Shown: piece by piece, positions 9,635 through 19,719 of the stretch | Layout of the letters: every line of letters begins with the position of its first letter | How positions within the stretch are numbered: position 1 is the first letter of the stretch | Program-made: the position numbers and the translations under genes | The notes under the pieces: generated by a model | Seen by the model: the letters and a program-made list of their open reading frames with translations, nothing else | The model's database searches: none | What the model was told of the DNA's origin: nothing | Source: an uncultured delta proteobacterium | GTDB lineage: Bacteria > Myxococcota > Myxococcia > Myxococcales > Anaeromyxobacteraceae | Assembly (NCBI GenBank): GCA_963845515.1 | Contig: CAWJSR010000010.1 | Span: 32,001 to 96,000 of the forward strand | Length of the DNA: 64,000 nucleotides | Direction of reading: 5' to 3'

Positions 9635-10101
9635 ACTCGCTTCTCAGCGATCACGGCCTCACGCTCAGCTTCCAGACGGTGCAGGCCGTTCTCCACCACG
9701 CGTATCTGGCGTGTCAGCTCCGCCTGCAGCTGGCTCAGCGCGTTGTACACGTAGTCGTCAGCATCCGCCTGCAGCCGGTCGGCCTTTTGCCGCGCCTCCT
9801 GGACGATGGTCTTGGCTTGTCGCTGAGCGTCGACCACAAATTGGTGACTGGCAGCTAGGCGCTCGCCTTCCTCCCGCGCCTTGGTGACGATACGCTCTGC
9901 CTCCTGGCGCGCAGCCTCAATCACGGCATCGCCATCACGCACAACCCGGCGCGCCTGTTCGATCTCCTCAGGCACTGTCTGGCGCAGTTGGGCGAGGTAT
10001 CCCCGCACCTCATCCTCATTGACCATCCGGTTCCCGAGGAACCGCGGGCACTCCTCAGTGAGGTAGCGCTCGAGACGATCGATCAGGAAGTCGACATCCA
10101 T
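9631..10101 (-). CDS. Conserved coiled-coil hypothetical protein downstream of coaD
   Basis: LRQTVPEEIEQARRVV...A..EAERIV..A...ADDYV; family commonly found between coaD and rpmF. Confidence 0.8.
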   Translation of the reverse strand: MDVDFLIDRLERYLTEECPRFLGNRMVNEDEVRGYLAQLRQTVPEEIEQARRVVRDGDAVIEAARQEAERIVTKAREEGERLAASHQFVVDAQRQAKTIVQEARQKADRLQADADDYVYNALSQLQAELTRQIRVVENGLHRLEAEREAVIAEKRV

Positions 10102-10152
10102 GGTCCCTCCTCACTCAACACGCCGCGTGGTCCGCTACCACACAGCGGCGCC

Positions 10153-10668
10153 TCAGCGCCCATCCAACAGGATCCTGGCGTCCGCGCCATCGGACTGGCG
10201 CTTCTCGGCCAGTGCCCGCAGCACCAGTGGACTCACCATCCCCGACACATCACCGCCGGCTTCAAAGACTTCCTTGATCAGACTGGCGCTGACAAAGGCG
10301 TACTCATAGCGAGTCATCAGGCAGATCGTCTCCACCGTCGCGCTGAGCTGCTGGTTCATCAAGGCCATCTGATACTCGCGCTCGAAATCCGAGATCACGC
10401 GAAGCCCCCGCACCAGTGTCTGCGCACCACACCTGCGCGCCAAATGCACGGTCATCCCGGTATACGGCATAACCTCGATGTTGGCGTAGGGAGCCAGGAT
10501 CGCGGTTGCCAGCGACACACGCTCATCGACCGAGAACAGCAGGGACTTCTGGGGCACAGCATAGATCGCAAAGATGAGCTTGTCAAAGAGCGCAGCAGCC
10601 CGCGTGGCGATGTCGGTATGCCCGTTATGGATCGGGTCGAACGAGCCGGGATAGATGGCGATACGCAT
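10153..10668 (-). CDS. coaD: Phosphopantetheine adenylyltransferase
   Basis: AIYPGSFDPIHNGH, LVRGLRVISDFEREYQMALMN, VSASLIKEV. Confidence 0.97.
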   Translation of the reverse strand: MRIAIYPGSFDPIHNGHTDIATRAAALFDKLIFAIYAVPQKSLLFSVDERVSLATAILAPYANIEVMPYTGMTVHLARRCGAQTLVRGLRVISDFEREYQMALMNQQLSATVETICLMTRYEYAFVSASLIKEVFEAGGDVSGMVSPLVLRALAEKRQSDGADARILLDGR

Positions 10669-10672
10669 GCCG

Positions 10673-13235
10673 TCAGCTCAGATCCCCGGCGTTCTGCCAG
10701 AGCGCAGCAACGCGCTCGTGCAGCAGGCGATGCTCGGGCAGCACTAGGTCCGGATCCTCAGCCAGCAGCGCACTGGCCACAGCGCGCACGTCGTGCAGCA
10801 GCTTGACATCGGTGAACTCGGCCATGGGCAGTGCGGGGAAGCCGCTCTGCTGCGTGCCAAGAAACTCGCCGGGACCTCGCATCGCCAGATCCTTCTCCGC
10901 AAGCACAAACCCGTCGTGTGTCGACTCCACTGCAGCCAGCCGCTCAGTTGCCTCCGCAGAGGCAGTCCCGGCGAGCAGGAGGCAGTAGGACTGGTCGGCA
11001 CCGCGGCCAACCCTCCCGCGGAACTGGTGCAACTGGGCCAGACCGAACCGGTCTGCGCCGTCGATAAGCATCACCGTTGCGTTCGGGACATCGATGCCCA
11101 CCTCGACGACCGATGTCGCCACGAGGACATCCAGATCACCACCAGCAAACGCGGTCATGACCTGCTCCTTGTCCGCCGGGCGCATGCGTCCGTGCAAGAG
11201 GCCCAGACGCGCCTGAGGGAAGACCTCCTTCTGCAACCGTTCGTACTCATCGGTGGCAGCTCAGAGCTTCGACGCTGTCCGAGGACTCAACCAGGGGGTA
11301 GATGATGAACGCCTGCTTGCCCTGATCCACCTGGCCCTTGATGTACGCATAGGCGCGCCCGCGCTCGCGGGGAGTCAATACCCGTGTCTTCACTTCCTGG
11401 CGTCCCGGTGGCATCTCGTCGAGCACCGACACATCCACGTGACCCCAGAACGTCAGTTCCAGGGAGCGCGGGATCGGTGTGGCGGTCATTACCAGGAGGT
11501 GCGGATTGTAGCCCTTGTCACGCAGCGTCGCCCGCTGCTCAACGCCAAAACGATGCTGCTCGTCGATCACCACGAGGGCCAGATCGCGAAACGTCACAGC
11601 CTCCTGAATCAGGGCGTGCGTGCCGACGACAGCCCGCAGGGAACCATCGGCCAGGCCGGCGTACACTTGCTCACGATCGGCGCCCGTTGTACTGCCGGTC
11701 AGTAGGCCCAGCGTTGGTCGAGGCTCCGGGAAACCGGCGAAGAGCTTCGAAAGGCTCTTGTAGTGCTGTTCAGCAAGGATCTCGGTTGGCGCCATCATAG
11801 CCACTTGGCACCCCGCGTCGGCGACGACAGCCATCACGAATGCCGCCACGGCGGTCTTGCCCGAACCGACATCGCCCTGTAACAGGCGGTTCATCGGGTC
11901 ACCGGAAGCGAGATCACCGAGCATTTCCTTCACGGCGCGCTGTTGCGCTCCTGTCAGTGGGAAGGGGAAAGCCACCTCAAGCGCGCTGACCCGCTCTGGG
12001 GCCGTGTCGATCCTGCGGCCAGGCTGGGATTTCCACTGCCGTTTCTGTTGCAGAAGGCCCAACTGTAGATACAGCACCTCCTCAAACGCCAGCCGGCGAC
12101 GCGACGCGGCGAGGTGCTCGTGGCTATCCGGAAGATGGATACCCCACAGCGCACGCGACAGCGGGAGTAACCCGCGCTCGGTGCGCAAATCGTCGGACAG
12201 CGCATCCGGAATCCGGTTTGCCCACGCACTGAGGGCTCTGCCCATGGCTTTGCGCATCCAGAGCTGGGTCAGTCCCTCGGAGAGCGGATACACTGGCTGG
12301 ATACGGGCGCTCGCCACGTCAGTCCGCCCCACGATCTCCCAGTCCGGCGAGTTCATCGTCAACCGGCCGAGGTATTCGTCGACTTTGCCGCTGATGAGCA
12401 GGTGCATCCCAGGACGAAGTCGTTCCTGGAGACGCCGCTTACCGAACCAGGTGACCTCCATCGTACCCGTTTCATCGGAGAGAATGGCGTGGAAGAGCTC
12501 CCTACCGTGGTGCGTCTTGCGCAGTCCCGCCTCCCACACCGTCGCGAGAACGCTGACACGCTCGCCGTATTCCAGGCGGTCGATCGTTCTGAGCTGCGAG
12601 TAGTCCTCGTAGCGGCGCGGAAAGGTGTAGATGAACTCACGAAGAGTCTGCACTCCCAACTTCTTCAGCAAGCTGCTGCGTTGGGCGCCGATCCCCGGCA
12701 GAACCGCAACGGGCGCCTCCAGTCCGCGTCCCTCTCCCCCCAACGCGCGGGGCCGCCGCTGCGGCGCCTGCGGTGCCGGTCGTCGCTCCGGTTGTTGGGC
12801 GGGCGCTGCCGGAGCCACTGCGACCTCGTCAGCGGGTGGGACGTCAGAGGAGAGAGCCGCGTCCTGAGTCGCCGGCACCTCAACAGCGCCTGTCACGGTC
12901 CTGGCGTCGGGGCCGGCTTTATCCACAGCGAGGGGTCGAGACGATGTGCTTGCTTCCACTGGCCTAACACCCACGCCTGGCCCCTCCCGAAGCATCGCCT
13001 GGAGTTCCTCAATCAGGGCTCGGCGCCCCGACAGGTCCAGGGCACCATACGATTCCAACCGAGTGACGACTGACGTGATCCAGGGCTCTGCGGCTTCGTC
13101 AAACGCCTCACGCGCCTGCCGCCGCCATGTCTCAACATAGCCCGCCAAACCGCCCGATACGGCGCGGTCACGGTAGGCGAAGTCACGCGCCTCGAGAGCC
13201 AACATCTTGCCCAATGTTTCCAATGGTCTAGCCAT
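10673..13235 (-). CDS. recG: ATP-dependent DNA helicase RecG (frameshift near 11255)
   Basis: RLLQGDVGSGKT, MAPTEILAEQH, DEQHRFG, MTATPIPRSL in one ORF; LLHGRM, EVGIDVPNAT, QLHQFRGRVGRG in the next; long N-terminal extension. Confidence 0.95.
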
Positions 13236-13339
13236 CGTTTCTCCGCATGTCGATATCCGGCCCCATCCAGTGGTTTCAGCCGGACAGGTCATCAATAGTC
13301 ATAGCTCTACGCGCGTACTGGCGCAGAGACTCCCTTCGC

Positions 13340-14209
13340 CTAACGCCAGACCCCCTCATACACGATCAGGCCCAGCCCTTCCGGGCCGATATGAGACGCG
13401 ATGATCGGGTCATAGACGATAAACGGTATGTCGAGGCCGGGCGCGATCTGCAGCAGCCTTTCCCGCAGGTCCAGTGCTTCGACATCCGCGGCCTCCTGCC
13501 CCTGGAAGATGACCAGCTTATTGATCCGCGAGAATTCGGATGCGAATTCCACAAGGCGGTCGATCGCCCGCTCGGGCCGGCGGCTCTTCTCCAGGGGGAT
13601 CATATCCCCATCCTCAATCTCAACGAAGGGGTGGATCTTCAGCATCGAGCCCAGGATTGCCTGCGCTGCAGTCAGCTTTCCACTGCGGTAGATATAGTCC
13701 AGGGTGTGGGACACCATTACCACATAGATACGGGGAATCATCCCCCGGATCCGGCGCACGACCTCAGCAAGCGGGAGGTCACCCCGCTGAAGCAGCTCTC
13801 CGGCTCGATCGACAAGTAGTCCCAGACCCACCGACACTGTCTGGGAATCTAGGATCGTGATATCGCACCGGCCCATGAAATCACGCGCTGCAGCCCGCGC
13901 ATTCCTCACGACCGGGCTCAGCCGGCCCGACGACAGCGCCACCAGGATCTGGTTGGTCCGATGGAGGGACCGTTCGAATACGGCGCGAAAGTCGTCCACG
14001 GATGGCCCAATGATCTCAATCATCTCACGGGACTGCCTCAGATCAGCAAGCAGCCCCACATGTCCCGGCGTCTGCTGGTCAAACAGGTAAGTGCGCCCAC
14101 CGGCGGCTGCAACGATCGGCAGCACCGTTACGCCCAACTCCCGCAGTCGGTCCATCGGAAGGAAGGCAGTACCGTCTGTGATCATCTGGATCTGAGAGTT
14201 CCCCGCCAC
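13340..14209 (-). CDS. DegV family fatty-acid-binding protein (FakB-like)
   Basis: ITDGTA, LSSGRLS, ILDSQTVSVGLG, LGSMLKIHP, SHIGPEGLG. Confidence 0.9.
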   Translation of the reverse strand: MAGNSQIQMITDGTAFLPMDRLRELGVTVLPIVAAAGGRTYLFDQQTPGHVGLLADLRQSREMIEIIGPSVDDFRAVFERSLHRTNQILVALSSGRLSPVVRNARAAARDFMGRCDITILDSQTVSVGLGLLVDRAGELLQRGDLPLAEVVRRIRGMIPRIYVVMVSHTLDYIYRSGKLTAAQAILGSMLKIHPFVEIEDGDMIPLEKSRRPERAIDRLVEFASEFSRINKLVIFQGQEAADVEALDLRERLLQIAPGLDIPFIVYDPIIASHIGPEGLGLIVYEGVWR

Positions 14210-14324
14210 GCGCTTGCTCCTGACTTGTTTGTTGACCTACGAACCGCATCTGACTTAGGACACGCACAGTCCTACCGGGCAGTCCAACCAGCGCTCCGCC
14301 ATCGCGGGGCGACGCGAGCCACGA

Positions 14325-16010
14325 TCACTCTATCGACAGAATGTACGGGTAGTGCGGCTGCCCACCGTTAATGACCTCGAATTCAAGATCCGGGTAAGAG
14401 CTGGAGAGCTCACCTACCAGCGCATTTGCCTGAGCCTCGGACACCTGCGACCCGAAGTACAACGTCACCAGCTCACGGTCATCGATTGCGGCCTCAGCCA
14501 ACAGCCACCGCACCGCCTCCTCGAACGAACTGGCATCGACCACCAGCTCATCCTCCAGCAATCCAATAGCATCGCCCTCGCGCACCTGAATACCGTTAAG
14601 GCGCACATCGCGCGTTGCTGATGTGACCTCAGCAGTGATCACCCCGGACGATGAAGCCAGCATCGCCGCCGCGTTCTCACCCAACGCAGCGTCGTGATCC
14701 AGGGCCAACATCGCCGCAACGCCTTGGGGAATCGTGCGGGTGGGAACGACCTCAACCCGCTTGCCATCCGCCATCTGGGCTGCCTGTTGCGCCGTCATCA
14801 GGATGTTCGGGTTGTTGGGCAAGACGATCACATCCTCGGAGGTCGTGCGGCTGATCGCTTCCACAATCTGCGCTGTACTCGGGTTCATCGTCTGACCACC
14901 CTCGATCACAACCGACGCTCCGAGACTGTAGAAGACATTCGCCAGCCCCTCACCCGAGGAGACGGCGATCACGCTGATTGCGGTCTCCTCGACTTGTCCC
15001 AGAAGGGCTGCCGGCACTAGCGGGCCCGACCGGGCCGCTTTGCGATCAGCTGAGTAGGCCTCGAATTGGACCCGCATATCCTCCACCACCACATCCGTCA
15101 CCGAGCCGAATCGGGCACCAAAGCTAATCGGCGCGCCAGGATCCGCCACGTGGACGTGGACTTTGACCGCAACCTCATCGCCAACCGTGAGCGGGCAATC
15201 TCCCAAGGCCTCGATCCCCGAGCGGATGGCCGGCACGTCCAAGTTGGAGCCCATGATGAGCAATTGCACGTCATACGGATAGGCACTGTCGAACTCGACA
15301 CCAGCGCCACCTTCCGGGTGCGCGTCCAGTTGCAGATGAGCCACGTCTAGCTGAGATGGGATCGCCGCCACTGGAAGTCCTTTCAGATCGCGCGCCATAC
15401 CTTCGAAGATGATGTACAGCCCCTGGCCGCCCGAGTCGACCACACCAGCCTGACGCAGCACTGGTAACAGGGTTGGCGTCCGAGCCACAGATGCGCCCGC
15501 GCGAAGGACCAGCCGGTCAAACAAATCGACCATGTCGGGCGACTCCGCAACTGCCGCGGCCGCTTCCTCCGCCATTTCCCGCACGACTGTGAGGATCGTC
15601 CCCTCAACAGGTTTGACGACACCCTTGTAAGCTGTGTCCGCAGCGGAGTGCATAGCTTCCGCGATCGTCTCGGGCGTGATGCGCGAGTGCCCATCGAGAC
15701 CGTGAGCAAACCCACGCCAGATCTGTGACAATATCACGCCGGAGTTGCCGCGGGCGCCCATCAGTGCTCCGTGCGCAAGCATCGTCATCAGCCGACCGAC
15801 GTGAGGTTCCACAACATCGGCGATCTCTTCCCATGCCGAGACCATCGTGAGACTCATATTGGTTCCGGTGTCCCCGTCCGGAACTGGGAACACGTTCAGT
15901 GCGTTGATGGCATCCTGGTGTTGGCGCAGCCAGGATAGGGCCGCCGCGATCATCGGCTTGAGACGGAGCCCGTCCAGAGCTCGCAGAGTATCACCATCGG
16001 GCATACTCAC
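14325..16010 (-). CDS. DAK2 domain protein (fatty acid kinase FakA/YloV-like)
   Basis: INALNVFPVPDGDTGTNM, GARGNSGVILSQ, KPVEGTILTV, GVVDSGGQG, GGQTMNPS, GGQPHYPY. Confidence 0.95.
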   Translation of the reverse strand: MSMPDGDTLRALDGLRLKPMIAAALSWLRQHQDAINALNVFPVPDGDTGTNMSLTMVSAWEEIADVVEPHVGRLMTMLAHGALMGARGNSGVILSQIWRGFAHGLDGHSRITPETIAEAMHSAADTAYKGVVKPVEGTILTVVREMAEEAAAAVAESPDMVDLFDRLVLRAGASVARTPTLLPVLRQAGVVDSGGQGLYIIFEGMARDLKGLPVAAIPSQLDVAHLQLDAHPEGGAGVEFDSAYPYDVQLLIMGSNLDVPAIRSGIEALGDCPLTVGDEVAVKVHVHVADPGAPISFGARFGSVTDVVVEDMRVQFEAYSADRKAARSGPLVPAALLGQVEETAISVIAVSSGEGLANVFYSLGASVVIEGGQTMNPSTAQIVEAISRTTSEDVIVLPNNPNILMTAQQAAQMADGKRVEVVPTRTIPQGVAAMLALDHDAALGENAAAMLASSSGVITAEVTSATRDVRLNGIQVREGDAIGLLEDELVVDASSFEEAVRWLLAEAAIDDRELVTLYFGSQVSEAQANALVGELSSSYPDLEFEVINGGQPHYPYILSIE

Positions 16011-16379
16011 AGTTCGCCCCCCCTGACCCATGTCACTGACGCGCAAAGCTTGAACGTGAACGTTAACCTGCTCGACCTCAAGCTCCAGAGCACGTTCCAC
16101 CTGGTACTTCACCACGTGTCTGATACTGTCAGCGACACTGGTGATGCGCGCCCCGTATTCTACCACCACGTAGAGATCGACAACGATACGGTCATCGCGC
16201 ACGATTACCTCGACGCCACGCTTGCAATCGGCAGACAGTATATCAGCGAGGCCCGTCGCGAAGTTCCGCGGCACCGTGCCTACCACGCCGTAGTTGGTCT
16301 GGACGGCCTCACTGACGATGGATGCAATCGCCGCCTGCGCCACCTCGATCTTCCCGCGTGCTTCTAGGTGGTCGTCCAT
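16007..16379 (-). CDS. Asp23/Gls24 family protein (YloU-like); appears fused to DAK2 only through a 7-nt homopolymer
   Basis: GKIEV...YGVVG...RGVEV...VDLYVVVEYG..I..VA...VKYQVE..L...VNVHVQ; GGAGG RBS before ATG 16379. Confidence 0.88.
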
Positions 16380-16451
16380 AGCGCCTCCTCTGGTTGCGTC
16401 TTCCATGCTTTGTGGTATCATAGCTCAGTCATCGAAAATAAGAGGTGGATA

Positions 16452-16511
16452 ATGGCTAAGTGTGAGATTTGTGGCAAGACCCCGATGTTCGGGCATAACG
16501 TGAGTCACTCA
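16452..16511 (+). CDS. rpmB: 50S ribosomal protein bL28, first 20 codons only (truncated at junction)
   Basis: MAKCEICGKTPMFGHNVSHS; AGAGGT RBS; divergent from asp23-DAK2 in the usual arrangement. Confidence 0.93.
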
Positions 16512-16520
16512 ATCCCGGTC
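16505..16520. other. Junction between a Chloroflexota-like and an Anaeromyxobacter-like sequence
   Basis: rpmB breaks off and mid-gene radical SAM sequence begins; abrupt rise in GC and in G/C third codon positions; gene repertoire changes. Confidence 0.92.
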
Positions 16521-17353
16521 GAGACGGTCGTCGCGGACGTCGCGGGCCAGGTCGCGGCTGGCGCGCGCCACGTCACGTTCGGAGACCCCGACTTCCGTGA
16601 ACGGCCCCGGCCACGCGCTCCGGGTCGCGCGGGCGGTCAAGGACCGCTGCCCCGACCTCACCTTCGACTTCACCGCGAAGGTGGAGCACCTCGTCGGCCA
16701 CCCGGGGCCGGTGGCTGAGCTGGGGCGGCTCGGGGCGCTCTTCGTGACCACGGCGGTCGAGTCGCTCTCCGACCGCGTGCTCGCCCCGCTCGCGAAGGGG
16801 CACCGGCGCGCGGACGTGGAGGCTGCCTTCGCCGTGGCCTCCAGCGCCGGCATCGCGGTCCGGCCCACGCTCGTCCCCTTCACGCCGTGGGAGACGCTCG
16901 ACGGCTACCTCGACCTGCTCGACACCTTCGCAGCGCGCGGCTGGCTTCCGGACGTCGACCCGGTCCAGCTGACGCTGCGGCTCCTAATCCCCCCCGGGCT
17001 CGCTCCTCGAAGGGGCAACAGACGTCCAGCTCGAGGGGCTCGACGAGCGGGCCCTCACCTGGCGCTGGCGCCACCCGGACCCGAGGATGGATGCCCTCCA
17101 GCGCGAGGTCGCGGCCGCCGCCGCGGAGGGCGAGCGCCGAGGCGAGCCTCCGCAGGAGACACAGGCCCGGATCCTGGCGCTCGCGGCCCTGGCCGCCGGG
17201 CGCGCGCTGCGGGCCCAACCGTGCCGACGCCACACAGCGGGCGCAGGGGCCCGCGCCTCACCGAACACTGGTTCTGTTGAGCGGAGCCTCTCGGCGCGGC
17301 AGACCGGTCTGGTCTGCGGAGAAGACGAAGACGCTTCCCGTTCACTGCGTTAG
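16512..17353 (+). CDS. CUAEP/CCAEP-tail radical SAM selenoprotein, C-terminal part (5' missing; several indels)
   Basis: VVADVAGQVAAGARHVTFGDPDF, TFDFTAKVEH, AVESLSD, RPTLVPFTPW, DPVQLTLRLLIPPG, and PRLTEHWFC-TGA-AEP tail with a SECIS hairpin. Confidence 0.88.
17278..17317 (+). promoter_or_regulatory. In-frame UGA (Sec) codon and bacterial SECIS hairpin
   Basis: TGA at 17278-17280; GCAGACC-GGTCT-GGTCTGC hairpin at 17299-17317, loop starting 25 nt after the UGA. Confidence 0.82.
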
Positions 17354-17548
17354 GAGGGCGCACGGACGGGGACCAACTGGCACCCGACCCGCCCTCGTCG
17401 AGATCCGGCACATCCTTCCCCTTCGGTTCCCGCGCCAGAAGCGGCTCATCAGGGGGAGGCTGCGCCCGGGGCGGCGTCGGCGAGCGCACGCCCGCTGGTG
17501 GTTCGCGCCGCGGCTCCGGCTGACCGTAGCGTTCGCGCGACTCCGCCG

Positions 17549-18694
17549 TCAGGCCGGAGCAGGGGGTCGTGAAGGCGGCCGGGCGGCGCCCCGCGAGTAC
17601 CGGTCCATCCAGCCGTCCCCGAAGCTCTGCCGCGCGGCCAAATCGTTATGCAAGGCGCACGCGATCCGGATGTTACCGACGGTCGACCTCCCTCCGCGCG
17701 CGACCGGCACGATGTGGTCGTACTGCAGACGATGGGTCGAGCCGCAGACGCCGCCGTCGGAGGTCGGCCAGACGCACCTCCCCCCGTCCCGGAGCCAGAC
17801 CTGCCGCCTCACTTCGGCCGGGATGTAACGCGACTCCGGCTCCGAGGGCGAACGTGCTCCCTCGCCCCCTCCCTTGCGAGGCCGCTTCACCAGCCCCTTC
17901 CGCTTCGCCGCCCGTTCGAGGAGAAGGTCGAGCCCCGCCTCGAGGATGGCCGCCTCGTCGGCTCCCGGGTGGGAGTGGGAGAGGGCGTCCTTCGCGGCCG
18001 CGAGCTTGCGCATGAACTCCTTCGACACCGTCGCGTGGAGCCGGTGGAGGCTCGCGGTGAGGGGCTCGGAGGTGGAGCGAGGGGCCCTGGCGCGCGCAGC
18101 CGGGGGCGGCGGCGGTGCGAGCAGCGGCACGGCCCCACCCGCCGCCGGCGCCGCGTTCACTGCGAGCGTTTCGCCTGGAAGAAGTGATTGACCCAGCTCA
18201 AGTGCCGGCGCGGAGGCGGGTGCCGGCGCCAACGAAACCGTGGCGGCCGCCCGGGCCGGCAGCGCCAGCGAAGCCACCGCCGTCACGACGACTCGCTGGG
18301 GAACCGCGTCGCGGGGAGCGATCTCGGCCGCCACCGCCTTCGCCTCGTTCTTGGAGGCGTGGAAGAAGCGCGGCAGGACCTCGGCCCGGTTCTCCGCCGT
18401 GACGACCTTCGCCAGCTCGCAGACGCTGGAGATACATAGCCGCCCGTCCCGGAGGGGCGCCTCCGCCTCCGGGAAGCGCTGGAGGAGCTCCGCCGCGGTC
18501 TTCCGGAGGAAGGCGGCCCCGGAGGAGAGCCTCAGCTCCCGGCGCAGGTAGTAGAAGAGGCTGGTGTAGCCCATGCCGACCCAGAGCCGGCGCCGGTCGA
18601 AGTCCGAGAGGGCGACAAGAAAGTCGGCCATTCCTCCCTGCTCGCGACGGAGGAGGACGAGGAGGCGGGACGAGAGTTCGAGTGCGTTGTCCAT
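17549..18694 (-). CDS. HNH endonuclease with DUF222-like helical N-terminal domain
   Basis: C-terminal RYIPAEVRRQVWLRDGGRC...CGSTHRLQYDHIVPVARGG...NIRIACALHN; N-terminal GYTSLFYYL...L.LS.GAA region. Confidence 0.9.
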   Translation of the reverse strand: MDNALELSSRLLVLLRREQGGMADFLVALSDFDRRRLWVGMGYTSLFYYLRRELRLSSGAAFLRKTAAELLQRFPEAEAPLRDGRLCISSVCELAKVVTAENRAEVLPRFFHASKNEAKAVAAEIAPRDAVPQRVVVTAVASLALPARAAATVSLAPAPASAPALELGQSLLPGETLAVNAAPAAGGAVPLLAPPPPPAARARAPRSTSEPLTASLHRLHATVSKEFMRKLAAAKDALSHSHPGADEAAILEAGLDLLLERAAKRKGLVKRPRKGGGEGARSPSEPESRYIPAEVRRQVWLRDGGRCVWPTSDGGVCGSTHRLQYDHIVPVARGGRSTVGNIRIACALHNDLAARQSFGDGWMDRYSRGAARPPSRPPAPA

Positions 18695-19188
18695 GCACGA
18701 ATACTCTCATGCGATCTCGCACCCTCCGTAAACGCGCGCGTTCGCCGTCTGGCGCGAGTTCCGGCATGGGGGCTTCTGCCTCCGAAGGCGAACCCGCCCG
18801 ACGCGGCTGCATGCGCGCGGTAAGTCCTGGCGCGGGATTCCGAGCAACCTCGTCATGCAAGGCGCGATTCCGCCAGACCCGCGTCAAGCGGATTCATCAG
18901 CGGCATTTCGCCGTACGTGAACCCGGCTCGCGCGCCGGCGCGCCGACTCCCCCCACGCTCCCAGCCGCGCCCAGGCCCCCCGCAGCGGGACCACGGCGGC
19001 TAGCGGGGGCGAGCGCCGGAGTCGAAGCCGCCTGCGAAGGGCTCCTTCCCCGTGAGGAGCCGCTTCTGTCGCGGCTGCGGGTGCGGCGGAGGTCGACGCG
19101 ACGCGGTGCTTCACCGTGCAAGCGGCGCGACCGCTCGTGATGTGATCAGTAATGAGCGACCTGCCGGCGGGGCGGTACACTCTCCCGC

Positions 19189-19713
19189 ATGGTGAAGCTC
19201 ATCAGCGCCACGTACCTCGCCTTTGCGCTCTCGCTTGCGCCGCCGGCGCGAGCCGAGCCGAGGCCATGCACCCCGGCCGAGGCTGAAGCGGCGGAGCGCG
19301 CGGCCGGAACCGCGCAGCGCTCCTGGGCCGAGTTGCACGCGCAGTACGCGAAGTTCGCGAGGGACGCAGACTGCGACGACGGCGCCATCGCAGAGGGCTG
19401 GTCGGAGGCCGTGGCTCGACTCCTCGCCGACCGCTGGGGCGAATTGCAGGCTCTCGCCCAATTCGTGGAGGCGGACCCCGCCTTTCTCACCTTCGTCCTG
19501 GGGCACACCGACGCGAGCGCCGCCCGGGGCCATCTGAAGCGGGCGCATGAGAACGCCAGCACGCGCTGCCCTCCGCGACACGCTCGACTGTGTCAGCAAG
19601 TCGGGGAGGCGTCCCGCGAGGCCCTCCGCACCCTCCGGGGGGTTCTCGACGACAGTGGTGGCGCCGCTGAACCGGCGGAGGAACTACTCATGGAATGCGA
19701 TGGCGGCCGGTAG
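19189..19713 (+). CDS. Secreted Cys-containing hypothetical protein
   Basis: Signal peptide (..LAFALSLAPPARA), CDDGAIAEGWSEAVARLLADRW motif, several Cys. Confidence 0.7.
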   Translation: MVKLISATYLAFALSLAPPARAEPRPCTPAEAEAAERAAGTAQRSWAELHAQYAKFARDADCDDGAIAEGWSEAVARLLADRWGELQALAQFVEADPAFLTFVLGHTDASAARGHLKRAHENASTRCPPRHARLCQQVGEASREALRTLRGVLDDSGGAAEPAEELLMECDGGR

Positions 19714-19719
19714 CCTCCT

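Noticed and set aside
14325..16421. Apparent novel Asp23-DAK2 (YloU-YloV) fusion of 698 aa
   Set aside because: The fusion depends on a C7 homopolymer at 16017-16023. With six bases Asp23 ends ...QGGEL* in a GTGA overlap with the DAK2 start, the normal two-gene layout. Most likely a homopolymer error; slippage cannot be excluded without reads.
16368..16718. ORF joining bL28 to radical SAM sequence
   Set aside because: Artefact of the chimeric junction, not a real fusion protein.
17549..18694. IscB/Cas9-like RNA-guided nuclease or CRISPR association
   Set aside because: No PLMP or RuvC motifs, and no CRISPR repeat-spacer array anywhere in the window.
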